A DNA stretch of 64,000 bases from Chromera velia (taxonomy: Eukaryota): NCBI GenBank assembly GCA_018398765.1, contig JAHBMJ010000035.1, positions 62,001 through 126,000 of the forward strand, read 5' to 3'. The position numbers were made by a program, and so were the translations under genes. The first letter of the stretch is position 1. The number at the start of each line of letters is the position of its first letter. The notes beneath the pieces are model-generated. The model made no database searches. It saw only the letters and a list, made by a program, of their open reading frames with translations, and was not told the DNA's origin. Below are positions 40,282 to 54,083 of this stretch, in pieces.

Positions 40282-43200
40282 TCACTGTGACCCCCTAAAG
40301 AGGCCAGCCATGAAGCTTCCAATTCCCCCCCCACTTCCATGATGTTGCTGCTGCTGCCCCTGCTGTTGCCCCCCAACTGCAGCCGTAATGTTCGTTCCCG
40401 CTGAGTCACTCCGATGGGGCGGTCCGACTGCTGTGGGAGTGCCCTGGAGGGGGACCCCGACCGGCCCCATCGGCACGTTCGGCCCCACTGCGTTCATTCC
40501 CGCCATCGGAGGAGGATCACGGGCACCCCTCGCACCGTCCATAGGCACTTGCCATCCTGGAACCTCTCCACCCCACGCGGGAGGTGCCTGAGTTCCGGGA
40601 GGCGGGACTGGCACTGCTGCTGTTCCGGGTGCTCCTCCGTGAGCCAGAGGAAGGGGAATGTTCATCGGTCGCATCGCTGCCCTCAGAGGAACTCCCGCAG
40701 GCTCTACTGGCATGGGAATACCCGCGGGGGCTGCCTGCTGAGGCGCCTCTGCTTGAACTGCTGCGGGCATGGGAGCGTCCCCATTGTCCCCTGCCCCTCC
40801 CCCCTCCCCCCCTGCCTGAGCCTCCAGGTCAAGACCGGCGTTCGGGTCTCCGGCTCCCGCCCCCCCTCCAGGAGAGGACTCTCCGGCAGCGTTGGGAGAC
40901 CCGGCTGCGTCCTCCATCGTTGCATCTGCCTCCTGGACGAGCACGCCCTCGGGTCCTGTTTTGAGGGAGGGAGAAGAGAGCAGGAAGGAAGAAGGGAGGT
41001 GGATTGTTGAAGCGAGGTGGGTAGATCAACTAGTGGCCACAGTCCGAGAATGGGAAGGCTGACAGTGTGCGATAGAAGATGCAGAAAGAAACGAAAAGCA
41101 AAAACTGACAGAAAGGACCACTGCCTTTTTCCACTGCCGTCCGCCTATTGTCTGTTTGTCTCAGTTTCCGCACCCTCCGCGATCCCCTTTCTGTCTACCT
41201 GCCTGCCTACCTGCCTGCCTGCCTGTCTGTCTGTCCATCTGTCTAACGATGCCATCAACCAACCAACTAACCAACCGATGGGAGGAGGGTTCTTTGCGAT
41301 TGAGAGAGCAAGGACGGTTCTTCCAACCTGAACGGAGAGAGGCGCTGCAGAGACCAACCAACCAACCAAAAGAAAGGGAAAAAGCTCACTCAGAAAACCC
41401 CTCAGTTGATCTTCTTGTCTCGTTGTTTTGTTTCATTGAGAGAAGAAAGTCTGAGAGAGACGAGGGAAGGAAGGAAGCTCCAAATCGAGAAAAGAAAAAA
41501 AGTGAACGAACGAAGGAGCGCAGGGTCCAAAAGCAACGGATTGAAGAGAGAGACGCTTCTGAAAAGAAATCCCACGCATGCGCTTCACGTCCTCCGGGGC
41601 ATTTCGCAAGCCTGCTGAATGTCACAAGCCCAGAAAACAGAGACGAAACCACAGGAAACTCATTACAAAGGACGACGAGACAGACCGACAGACTACATGG
41701 TTTCTTTGCCTCCTTTTCTTCATTCTTCATGACAGACAGACAGATATAAACGAACGGCGAGAGAGAGAGAGAGAAACCAACGCACCTTCCCCGTCGACCA
41801 GCTGAGGCTTCCTGATGTTCACCAGGGTCCCAAACTTCGAGTTGTGGTCCTCCAGAAAGAACGTTTTGGCTGCTTGTCAGAAAAGGAAGGGAAGGGAAAA
41901 ATCAGGCACAAGTATCGTCTTGGAAGGCCTTATTTTTAATACTGGAAAAAGAAGCGAGAGAGTGAGCGAGCAGAGAACCGAATCCGCATCACCTAGAAGA
42001 AGATTGCCTGTTCCTTTCTTCCTCCCTTCTTCTGTTCCTATACGAAGAAAATAGGGGGCGATAGAAAAACGGAAAGATCGTCAAGTAGAAAAAACTAGGA
42101 GGAGAGCACAGAAAGAATGCATGAACGAATGAATAAGAAATACAAATGAAGAAAGAACCACTCGTCTCTCGGACACTAGCTGACTGACTGACATTCCTCG
42201 TTGAAACGGATGGTTGCATGGTACCGAGAGATGGACACATCTGCGATTCTGACATCGGATTCGTGGCCTCTCCCAAGCTTCAGCATCTTCCGGTCGCTCA
42301 TGGAAATCACGTGCTGTCCCCTCTGGGCAGGCTGAAGGGAAGCAAGAGCAGGGCGGGAAGGGGGGGAACCAGTCACTATAGTCCGTCGAAGGAGAGAACC
42401 GCGGGATAGTGAATGATCTTTAAAAAAGGGAAAAGGGAAAGATGGTACGAACAAGTACATATGTATGAACGAAGACGCGATGCACGTTAGTGCGACTGTC
42501 TGTCCAACCACTCCCTGATTCCTTCCTTCCCGATCATTCATTCTCTTTCCTTCCGCATACTTTGTAAACCAACCCAGTGGTGGCACGTCCCGACTCAACG
42601 CATCACTTCCTTCACTGAGGAAAGATTCATACACCCATCTCAACCCCTCCCACGGGGGTTTTCCACAGTTAACTCACCTGTCCAGCGAGGTTCTCCAGGA
42701 TGATGAAAGGTGCGGGGGTGGGAGGCAGGGAGACGACCGAGTGGTGGGCTGCAGTCACCCATCAGTCCATCAATCAATGTCAATGAACCATCAATCAATG
42801 AAACAAACATCAATAAGGAGTCAGTTCATCAATCAGAGGATCCAGAAAAAGTACAAGAAAAAAGATGGCGGCGTGGGTGCTAATTGTTCCGAATGGTCAC
42901 TTCGAACAAACACTAGAGATGTGAGTGCTTCTGTGAAGTGGAACAGAACATCACAATAGTTCTTGCGAACAGCGCCTCTCTTCTTTGATAGGCTTCCTCT
43001 CTCAGGATATCACTGAGCAAAACTCGCGTTTCCTCGGGCACAAAAACTGTATGGGAATGACTGACTGACTGACTTCCATTGTAAACGACTGCTTGTGGGA
43101 AGGGGGCTTTGCAGAGCTCGCAGAGTGTCTGTTTGTAGAAGAAACATCCGTTCGGCTGATCCGCCTGGAGGTTCAGCTTTCCGTTCACCCAGTGCCTCAG

Positions 43201-43587
43201 ACAGCCGATGTGGACATACTCAATCGACCCTTTGCAGTGGCAAGGAGTAACCAGAGGATCCTCATCTGAAGTTCCTTCCAACAAACAAATACGACACTGA
43301 AGCTTGTCCGCATTCTCAGGGGCTTTGTACTCGGTCGGCTCCGTGTCGTCCAGCTTCAGCACGACTGGAGCCTGCTTGAGGTGAATGCATACAGAGGAAC
43401 ATAGGTGAATATACAGGAACATAAAGATAGGTGACATGTACGCTGATGAGAGCCATTTGATCACTTTCCCACTGAACGGCCTAGAAATCTCGAAAGATCT
43501 GATAGAAAAGGAAACTCCGAGCAGTGCGTACCATTTACCTGAACTTCTTTGACCCTCCGCACGTGCTTGCCTCTCCAGGCAAACGCA

Positions 43588-43618
<31 letters not shown>

Positions 43619-44399
43619 ATACACACACTCACACACACTTACTCCTGTTGCTGGTGGATCCACTTGCATCTGCTTCACACGAAGTTTGAACCTGCCCAGC
43701 TTGATGACATCCCCCTCCTGCAGCTTGTGCTGCTGGTTGGCCAGCTCCCTCACGATCAACCACAGCTTCTTCGGAGACACGGCACCCATTCTCTCGGCAG
43801 GGCACAGAAGGTATTTACCTGCATACGGGCGGACAGACGAATGAAACACTTGGAAGGAAGCAAAGGAGAGACAGAGGCAAGAAAAGGAGCAAAATCGAAC
43901 AAAAACAAACTCAGGGGATGTTCAGAGAAGAACCGTCAACGGAAGACTGCTGAGATCAGGGGATCCTCTTTCTATCTTCCACAGTGGTGACCCCAAAAGC
44001 AACAATTCGCCCCATCGGGTGCTTCTTTCCGAACTGACCATCTCTGTTGTGAGTCAACCGAACAAGGTAGTCAGAATTCTGCATATTGGCTCCTCCCTCG
44101 GGAACAAGGTGGATTTCCTGGGATTGACGGAAGCACTTGACGGCATGGCGCACGAAGAAAGTTTTCTGCGTGACATGCCGGGCCTCATAGTCAAACAGCT
44201 CATGAGAATCTCTGGCCCATGTTGTGGTACCAACCTTCAATCTGCAGCCAATCAACAAAGACAATTCTTGTTGGGTGGTGTTATAACAACAGCAACATAG
44301 AATGCGAAAGAAGAGCCGTGGAAAAGCGGGAAGAGAACTTACAACCGATAAGACTTACACAGGAGGCGGTGCTTTTGGACCAAGGTTGGACTTGGACAT
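40282..44399 (-). CDS. FHA + RING-variant (C4HC3, MARCH-type) + FHA protein, putative E3 ligase
   Basis: Spliced: MSKSNLGPKAPPPV|LKVGTTTWARDSHELFDYE, LQEGDVIKLGRFKLRVK, CRICLLEG...PCHCKGSIEYVHIGCLRHW...CELCK, KLGRGHESDVRIADVSISRYHATI, LEDHNSKFGTLV. Low-complexity last exon ends at stop 40282. Confidence 0.92.
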
Positions 44400-45119
44400 T
44401 GGCCGATCGACAGACTGCTGGATGCTTTCTTCTTTCAGGCGGTGATCTTCGTTCTTCCTACAAGAGGAGTGAAGTCTAGAAACACTGTTGAACTTGCAAA
44501 GGACGCCACCTGAATCTCGTTGAACTCGTTCGCGCTCACGGTTTCCTCGTCTGTCAAGTAGACTTCTGAGGATGTTTGTCCATAAGGGGCGACGGCACGA
44601 GGAGCTGTTTGTTAGCTGAGTCACTCAAGGGAAGTCCGCACTAGCTGTCTTGGAGGACTGCGCGGCTTCAAACAAAAAATATGTGTCGCTTTCACGGGCC
44701 ACTCTCATGAGCGGCCCCGGCTTCAAAGGCTCAGATGGCAGTTCAACTCATAATTTTCCATGCATGCATGCACTGAAAGGGTGTATTCCACCAATATTCC
44801 ACCACGTTGTCCGCGCCCCGCGACGTGAGAAGACTCCGTGCGAGCGTCCCTTTGTTCCGAACACAAGCAGAGTTTCCGTTCTTTTTACGAGCCCCCCAAG
44901 ATCCGTTCTGCATCGACGGAGACTGCATGAATCATTGACACGCTTAATTCTTCAAGTCTCTAGACTGAGTCTCTAGCTCTGATTCGCTCTGATCGAAGCT
45001 GGTTCACGCAGTCCCTTTCGTGAGCGCTTCTCCTACTGTCTTTCTCTCCCTGCAGTGAAGTCAGCACCCCCTTGTTCCTTCTGAAAGTTCTCCTTTGTCC
45101 GGCAGAGAAAGACCACACA

Positions 45120-48100
45120 ATGGAGAAGTCTCCGACCGTTCAGTACACTCCGTGTGGCGAGAGCCCCCCTCTTGCCCCGCCACCCTTCACTCTGAAAGAC
45201 GTGAGAGATGCTATCCCTAAGCACTGTTGGGTCAAAGACCCCATTCGCAGTGTCTCGTTCTTTTTCAGAGATTGCCTGATCGTTGCCGCTCTGGCAGCTA
45301 TCGCATGGAAACTCGACCACCCTCTTGTGTATCCTCTCTACTGGGTCGCTCAAGGGACAATGTTCTGGGCCCTTTTTGTCATTGGTCACGGTGGGTAGTA
45401 GGCCTTTTACACTGTGCAGAGACGCTAGCATGCAATACATTGAAATCTTCTTCTCCTTGCTTCGTGCAGACTGTGGCCATGGGTCTTTCTCTGACAGGTC
45501 TGTCTTCCTCTGTCTGGTTTCTCTTTCATTCAGTCTCCGTTGTGACAGACAAGAGTCGATCGTCTGTGTCTTTCCTGCGTCCCTCTGGGACCCCCTGACT
45601 GTTTCTCAAGTTCCGCTGTTTCTTCTCACTGCATGTTGCCTTCTGTCAGCCCATTTACCTCTTTCGGTTGTCCAAGTTTTACATATTTGTCGCTTCCCGG
45701 GTGCAGCAAAGTTCTGAACGACATCGTCGGGCACATCTCGCACTCCTTCATCCTGGTGCCCTTCCACGGCTGGAGGATCTCCCACCGCACCCACCACAAC
45801 AACCACGGCCACATCCACAACGACGAGTCATGGTTCCCCATGCAGAAACAGAAGTACACTCAGCTTGAGTGGTACCAGAAGGCGGGAAGGTTCCAGCTCC
45901 CCACTGTACTCTTTGGGTACATTCTCTACCTCTTTGTCAACACTCCCGGTAGGTAGAGGTTCACCTCTCTCTTTTTTGTCTTTTTGTCTTCCCTAATCTC
46001 TCTCTTCCCTCGCTTGCTCATCAATCGGATCGATCTGCTTTCATTAATTGGCGTGCATGGCTAAGTGTCCTTCTATCTGGCTGATTGTCTCTATGTCTTC
46101 TTTTGGGTATTGCTTTGTCAATGCGTTGGATCAGTTGATCGATTTGTGAATCCATCAATCCATCCGTGGCCGGAGTTTTTTTTCTCGGCCCTGCTCTGCA
46201 GCTTCTTGTCATCCTTCGCTTCTCACTCCTTCCTTCGACGTTGCCTCCCTGCCTGTGCCTCCCTCCTCATCCGTGTCTCATGCAGGCAAGCCCTGGGGGT
46301 CTCATTTCCACCCGGGGAGCCGTCTCTTCAAACCTTCTGAAGCGACCGATGTGATCACCTCCACCACCTGCTGGCTGTTGATGGTCAGTCAGACAGACAG
46401 AAAGCCCGCTCTCCCTGTCACCGAAGCTCCAATTTCCCTTTGTGCAAGTATTCAACAAAGTTCTTTTTATTGTTTTGGAGTCAAGGAGAAAATGGAGAGA
46501 AGAAGGAAAGAAATTGAGGAAGGCAAAAGAAAGAAAGAAAGAGAAGATTCCGCTTGTTCGACCCTGCCTCGTGTCTGCCCTTTCCATGCCAAGGAAGAAT
46601 ACAGTCTGGAAATGTACGCGAGAGAGATGCTTTGCCCTGCAGGTGGCCCTTCTCTGCTGGTTTGGCAGCGCGTTCGGTTTCTGGAAGCTTTTCTCCATTT
46701 ACTTGGTTCCTTACGTGATCGGAACAGCGTGGCTGGTGGTTGTCACCTTCCTCCACCACACAGAGAAGAATGTCCCATGGTTCCAGGGAGAGGAGTGGTC
46801 CTATCTCCGCGGTCAGTCAGTCAGTCAGTCAGTCTGTCTGTCTGTCTGTCGTCTGTCTGTCTGTCTGTAGGGGTGAAATCGGGAATTGATTCGGAAACCG
46901 ACAAGGAAGGACAACCGTTTCGTTGAAAAAATTGGTCGGTCTGTCTTCATGGTTCCTTCCTTGCGATTTTTCCTTCCGTACATCTCGACTCACCAATCCG
47001 AGTCCTCTTCCTGGCGGAATGCTCTCTTCTTCTTTTTCTTCACGCTGTGTTTTCATTTATGTCTCCTTCAGAAACGTACTGTGTCTTTATCTTGTATGTA
47101 TCTTATGTCTTTGTTTGTGTTTCTTCCTTGCACGAACCACGAGCAGGCGCCCTGTCAACCCTCGACAGAGACTACGGATTCTTCAACTCCATTCACCACA
47201 ACATCGAGACCCACGTCGTTCATCACATCTTCCCTGCTGTCAGTCAGTCAGGCAGACAGGCAGGCAGGCAGCTGCTCTGTTGTGCACCCTCATGCCCTTG
47301 TGCATAGATGATTTATCACCAGCTTCGTATTGCGTCCATGGGTGTCGGTACGTGCCGGTTTTCTTTCAAATAGCCGTTGCTGCTGAAGTCAAGGATTCAT
47401 TTAGCCCGAGTGCGTGGGGTTGGTGTCCCATAGGTTTCCTTTTTCTTTCTTATCTCACAAGGAGTAACCGTATACCCCCTTTTCCGCGACGTTTTGTGAA
47501 AAAATACAAGGGAGACGTAATGCTTTTCTAGTGGAACGAAGTTGTCCTTCGTCCCTTCCCCCTTCGTTCTTTCTGAATGAGTGCAGATTCCCCACTATCA
47601 CCTTGTCGAAGCAACCGAGGCAGTGAAACCTCTCCTTGGAAAGTACTACGTGGTCAGTTTTCCTTCGTTTTTGTCTTTTGTGGCGTTGTCGCTTTCTTTC
47701 CCTTCCTCTGCTCCTCGATGATGATGCATGGATGGATGGATGCACTGGAGGATCGATCGATCAGTCGGCATGCAGCAGACGGAAATGGAAACCCCCACAC
47801 AGCAAGCAAGGGGGGGAAACGCTGTGAAAGATGTTATGGGTCGGTCGATGCGAGGCAGACGTAGGTGAATGAACAAATCATGATTGCATGTCCCTGTGTC
47901 TCGGCTCTCGGACAAATGCCAAGCCAGGCAGACACAAGACAAGGGCGGGCTGTAAGACATTTGTTCGTCGTCGTCCTTTGAGCTGACTGCAGGAACCTGA
48001 AAAGTGCACCAACCCGGTCAACTTCCCGATGCACCTCGTGAAGGCTCTCAGCACCAACATGCGCGAGTGCAGGTCTGTCCGTGGTTCTCTGGTCTTCTCT

Positions 48101-48812
48101 TGTCCTTTGTTTTGTTTTGTTTTGTTTTCTCACCTGACTCTTCCTTCAAGTTGGGAAGAACTCTTAGTAGTATACATCTCATGGGGGCTTCGGTGTTCTT
48201 TGTACCCTTACTGGCTTCCTTCCGATGTTGCCTTCATCTGTCTTTCTGTCTTGATTCCCTCCCCCCTCTTTCCCCCCCGCCCTTTCGTTGTCTCGATCCA
48301 CACCGCTGTTCTCTCCAAGTCCTTTACAGCCTCTTTCCTGCCTGACTGACATGTTCATGTCCTGGAGCCAGTGTACAGGAAACACAAACGTAAACAAAAA
48401 AATGCGATGGATATCCATTTTCAACCCAATCCAAATGTTCCTTCCTCTTCCACCGAACGAACGAACGTACAGATACGTTGAGGACGAGGGCACTGTTTTC
48501 TATTACAAGAGTGAGGCCGACCTCGACTCTGTCTCTTTGGGGTCGGGTGTGAAGACTTCTGCGTCCACCCTCGGAGAGGAGACTTCCTCAGGAGAGGGCG
48601 ATTCGTCTCCCTCGTCTTCTTCCAGAGAGGACAGCGAGAGGGAGGAGGGCGCTGCCTCGAGCTCTTCTGGTGCTGAGGAGCAGAGGGACCTCAGGAGAGG
48701 GGGGAAAGACAAGAAGACTGCTCAGCAGAGCCTGGCAGGAGGGAAGAAGAAGGGGGGAGCAGGGTCGTCAGCCGCGACAGCCAAGAGACGGGGATCTCGT
48801 CGCATGGCGTGA
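45120..48812 (+). CDS. Omega-3 (delta-15-type, FAD3/FAD7-like) fatty acid desaturase
   Basis: [82 protein letters not shown]...[29 protein letters not shown]. All three His boxes intact; about 9 GT-AG exons. Confidence 0.95.
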
Positions 48813-50798
48813 AGGAAGAACTGCGGTTCCTTCTCTCTCGTTCCTTCTCTTCTTCTTTTCTTTCTTGGTTTCTTTGAATGCAGAGCGGCGGAAGTGTTCA
48901 TCGATAGGGTGAGCAGTCGGTTGGGTAACGGTGACAATGATAAGGTTGTGGGTGTGGATTGAATTGAAGTTCCAGGAGAGAGATCGGCGATGGTGAAGAT
49001 GAAAGGGGATTCGCTATTCCTCATCAGCAAAAGAAAGGAAACAAAGTTGTTCTTCACTCTTTCTTTGTTTTGTAAGTCGGGTGTGCCCTCTCTCTTCTTA
49101 TTCTTTCTACCTTTTCTGCTCTGTTTGTCTGCTTTTTTTGTTCAGTCTGTTGCTAATCTTCTCTTTTCTCTCTTGCTTCTCTCTCTGTCTTTTCGGTGTC
49201 GACAGAGAGATCAACAGAGCTGCTTGACAAGACCAGACAGGGATGCAGTTCTTTCACAGAGACGAATGCAGACAAACAGGCAGGCAGGCAGGGGACCGAA
49301 GACTCGGCTCCACTCCTCTCCTCTCCTCTCTCCCTCCCACCGTTTTGTTTTGTGAAAAAGTGCACAAGAAGTGCTTTCTGTTTCTGTCGTCTGACAACGA
49401 AGCCGTTGTCTGACTTTTTGTTCTATGGTTCTGTCGAGTGAGTGGGTTGAGTTTTTTCAAATGAAGAAGCTTGCCCAGTCTCCCTGCCAGGAAGGAATTC
49501 GGTTCCGTCCTTGTTCATTTCGTCGGTTTTTGTTCTTGGGCGCAAAGACGCCTTGCTCTGCTTGTTGCTTTGGTGAAGTGTGTCGCTGGCTGACTGACTG
49601 ATGCATTGTCAATGCAAGGAAGGCATCATACACACAGGCCGATTGCCCGCTGTTTTTTAAATCCCGTTCAGGAGCAACGATCGGTGCCTGTTCGTCCCCA
49701 TCTGTTTTGATTTGTCTCTATCAATCCGGTACCGTTTTTTCGCTTTCTTCTCTGGAGAATTACGGCTTACTTGAACACCCGTCATGTCTGTTCCTTTGCC
49801 CCGCGTGAAAGCAGCGTGAATTAAGGGGTTTTGACGAAAGGTCGAGGTCAATCATTCAAGGAGTGAAGTGAAACGGTGTGGAACGAAAGGTAGGTAGGGG
49901 GGGAGTGAAATGAGTGAGCAGCCAAGAAAGAAAGGGGAACAGAAAGATCCAACAGGAACCAGCAAGAAAGCCGAAATGGGGACCTGTGATGGCTTTTTGA
50001 TCTGTCTGTCTGCAGGTTTTTGTTTCATTTTTTCATTTCCGACCATCTCTTTGAGACCGCCTCTGGCAAAGAAGTTGGTCTGTCTGTCTGTCTTGAAGGC
50101 AGAAGCAGGGAGGGAAAGAACGACGAATTCAATTTGAACGAACGCGCCAGTATTTCTTCATCTTATTCGAATATTCATCTATCTGTTCTTCTACCTGTCT
50201 GCTGTCGTTCTTCCAGTCTGATTTTTGCCCGTCTTTCTTTCCGAAAGCCTGTGTTTTTTGTCGGCTTTTCTAAAGAGTCTGTTGCTGGGGTGTTTGAGTG
50301 AGTGAGTGAGTGGGTTCATGGGGAAGCGAACGTTTGGGGGGGGAGAAAAGGTGGGGGGAGGCTGCCCCGTTTGGGTCGGTCAGCGTCTGTGACAGCCCCC
50401 CATTCTTTTCCTTCTTTTCTCTTCTCTTTTCCGAACTTTGAATGACTCACGAATGCTCTCTCGAAGTGGTGCCGCAAGAAAGAACAGAAAGCCACCAAGC
50501 TCTTTGCTGAAGGTGGCGAGGCACATCGAGAAAGAGGGTAGGAGAGGGTTCAGAGAGAGACGGAAGGAGTACCACCATTTTGAAGGCACACAGTGAGTGA
50601 GAAGGAAAGAGAATGGAAGCCTCGGCTGACTGTGGGCGGTGGGTGCTCGTTCTTTGTATCATTCTTTCCCTCTTGAAAATTCCTCTCTTGTCTCTTTGTC
50701 AGCAAATTCAATCCTTGTTCTTCCCTCTTCTTCTCTCCCCCTCTTTCCTCTCTCCATCTTCCTTCCTGCATCTTGGCCTGTCTGTCTGTCTGTCTGTC

Positions 50799-50834
<36 letters not shown>

Positions 50835-51447
50835 GGAGTGACAGAAAGAGAGGAGAGACGAGGAGGGTCTCCTGCCTCCAGCTGGCGGAGGAAAGAAAAG
50901 GCGGGTTTGGTCGGGTGGAGAAAAGGAAGGACAGAAAGAACTGGAATGGAGAAAAACACAGCAAAGCAAAATCTTGAGAGAAGTTTCGAAAAACATGAAG
51001 GCAAGACAAACGCTTGCAGCATTAAGCAGAGAGAAGGAAGGAATCGATGGAGACAAAACGAAGCCTTTCTGCTTTCTTTTTCCTTCCTCCACATTTTAAT
51101 TGTCGGTCCGTTTTGACTTCATTCGATTTTTGAATCAAGCACAAGCACCTAATTGTCTGTCCAGTCTGTCTGTCCACCTATCTATCTGCCTGTCTATCTT
51201 CCTGTCTATGTCTGCTTCTGTTACTTTCTAACTGTCTTATCTGCCTTTTTTGGACGATCGACAGCTGGAGGGGGAAAAGGCAGAACAGGCGAATGAGAAG
51301 GTCAATTAGGAGGTGTCAGGACCCCGGCACACAGAAATACGGAAAGGGAGGGGGAGGGGGGTGGCCCCTCGAGAGGATCGAGTGACTGACGCTCGTATCA
51401 AAGAACGAACCTGTAGTGAGTGAGTGAGTAGATGGATGGATGGATGG

Positions 51448-51481
<34 letters not shown>

Positions 51482-51896
51482 ATATTTCGTGGCTCAGTCA
51501 GAGTGGGTGGGAGAAAGAGCGAGAGAGAGTCAGGTATGTTGATGTATTGATGGAACGAGTGCAGAAGGAAAGAAAGATAATTCGATTGACGTGGACGTTC
51601 CTTGTTCTGAGTGAAAAAGTGCGTTTTTCATGTGTCGCTTAATGCACTGAATGCACGAATGAATGGGCGGTCAAACGGATGGTTGCAGTAATGCATGAAT
51701 ACAATTCAAGACCCACACACACAACTTGTGACACAAGCCCACACGCGTATGCAGATCCAGAAGCAGGTATGCAGATCCTGAGTGGACGGCTGCAGGATGC
51801 TGCAGGGAAGCGAGACTTCAAGCAAGTTCAAGTGACCGAGACAGAAGGCACTAGATAAGGCAGGAGCGACTCTCGGAGTCACCCTCCCTATAACAG

Positions 51897-54050
51897 GTAG
51901 TATTAAAAAAAAAAAATCGTAAATAAAAATTAGTAAATTCTAGAGTAAATTTAATTCAACACCAAAATACTAGCCAAAATATTAATTTGTTACTGGATGT
52001 ATGTGTATATACTGCCTTAGAAATCCCAGTAAAAATCTTGTTCATTTTTTAGTTTATTTTAGAAGAAAAAAATACTAGAAAAAATGTTAACGTAAAAATT
52101 GTACTGAATTAAGATCAAAAAGATAAGTGATAAATGATTTATCGGTGCCCTAGGACACTGTCGCCGTTTTGTCTTTTAGATGTTGCGTTCAATACAGTGA
52201 TAATCTGACACACTAGCTTTCAAGCTCAAGAAATAAAATTTTATAACTTTAAAATTATAACAAGTGTCAAAAGATGAAATTGAGGTGGTAATAGGCGGTA
52301 AAGCCGCGTAATATAAACTAATTTGATACTTTTGAGAAAAACCTGTTCTCCTTAGTAGAGAAATCTAGAGAGAAACAAAGTGCTAGAATGCCGCCTAGAA
52401 TGCCGTTTGGTGCGAACTACAAGTTGACCATTGAAATGTCTCGCCGTGACGACGTAACCTTCGTCTGGTCGGTAAGCAGTATTGATGAGAGGAACAGGGA
52501 TTGGGCTCTAGAGTCCGGAGGCTTTTGGGGTACGTCCCTTTCCGATCATTGGGGGCCTTGCGTGCGATTCTTCAGGAGATGGTTCCTGGGGGTGCCTCCT
52601 CCTCCTCCTCCTCCATTGGAGAGCAGACGCCGCTTGCAGTAACCAACAGGGACCTCATCTCGGTTTTGCTTCATCTCGTTGACGGGATCTTATACGAGGC
52701 TCCCGAGGAAGTACAAGGAATGACGCATGAGGGTAGACACCTGTGGCAGAGCACTTGTTTTGAGATCGAATCCAATTCACGACGAGGTAGACAGAATTGT
52801 GCAATCGCTCTCAAGGTCGCAAAGACGTAGTTGACTATAATTGATATTAAACGACTTAAATGCTGCAGCGTTTCTCATCTTGGTCTCTTTAGAAGTCTCG
52901 AGCAAGATGCTGCACGAACGGGCCGCGGCTGCTTGTTCGACAGGCTGTATTAAACATGCAAAGACAGCAGGAAAAAGGAAACGTGCAGAGCATCAGTGCA
53001 TAATAAATGCTCATGGTAGTCTTAGTTATTGGCAGACATGGAAGAGAACGATCGAACAACAGATGGCACTGCTGACCAGTCTGTCGTACTTGCCAGAGCC
53101 AGATCTCTACTACAACAGTTACTTTCCATGCTGAAAGGCTGGGACTAGGGCTGGGATGAGCAACCCCACCAATACAGGCCTGGCTATGCCTGGCTGACAC
53201 CTTGGCAGCCAATATCGTTTTTAGCATTGATTGATTGATTGATTGATTGATCGATCATCGATGAGTACCAGGATGTACTAGGATCAGTATTAAATGAGGT
53301 TAGGAATGAGGCCATTGCATTCTACATTGCATATATAGTATTGCATACTACTATGATACTAGCAAGTCACTTAAATTGATCATCATTAGGATTCGTTACA
53401 AAACATTTCATACTAAGCTGTGTTACAGCCTGTGTATATATACCAGTGTGTAATTCTAAGTATGATTAATATCTGTCTAGACATTTATGCCAATGGGACT
53501 AAACTGTAACTAAGGCGTCACACGCAGTGCAGCTACTAGTACTATTATTCTCACTACTATAGGTTACGATGTCATTCAACAATCTTTGTCACTGCTATGT
53601 AGTCTAGTATGTAGTGTATTTCAAAGTTAGATTTAAAGTCTAGTTTAAAATTTTATGTTGCAAAAATATAACCCATCCATTCATTACTTTATATAGTACA
53701 TTCATTTAATCATACTAGTACCTAGACTAGTATATTTTAAAAATGATTTTATACTAGTAGATTATCCCTAAGATCATCATAATCCACTTATTTAATCATG
53801 CATTCATTCATTAATTCAAGTTCAATTTCATTGATACTGTAATTAATATTAATGATTCATTCTAGGATTCATTCAATGACATTCATTCATTTATTTCTTC
53901 ATTCTGTGTTTGAAGTACATGTAGCTTGAGCCCAGCTAGAGTCCGTCGCCTCAGCTAGAGCCTGAGACTCAGGTTCAGAGTTGTGAACATTCATATCTTA
54001 GATCATGTGGTTTATGAGTATAAACATGCAAACCTGCGTGACCTAGTGCA
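51897..54050. other. AT/TpA-rich island pair enclosing a GC-richer ORF-like insert (~52385-53220)
   Basis: Two AT-rich arms flank interrupted ORFs 52388-53134 that have no recognisable domain. Confidence 0.5.
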
Positions 54051-54083
54051 TGCATGACAGATCAAACGGATCCAAACCACTTT

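Noticed and set aside
49700..51830. Additional gene downstream of the desaturase
   Set aside because: Only isolated exon-like pieces are present, and no consistent spliced reading frame could be assembled.
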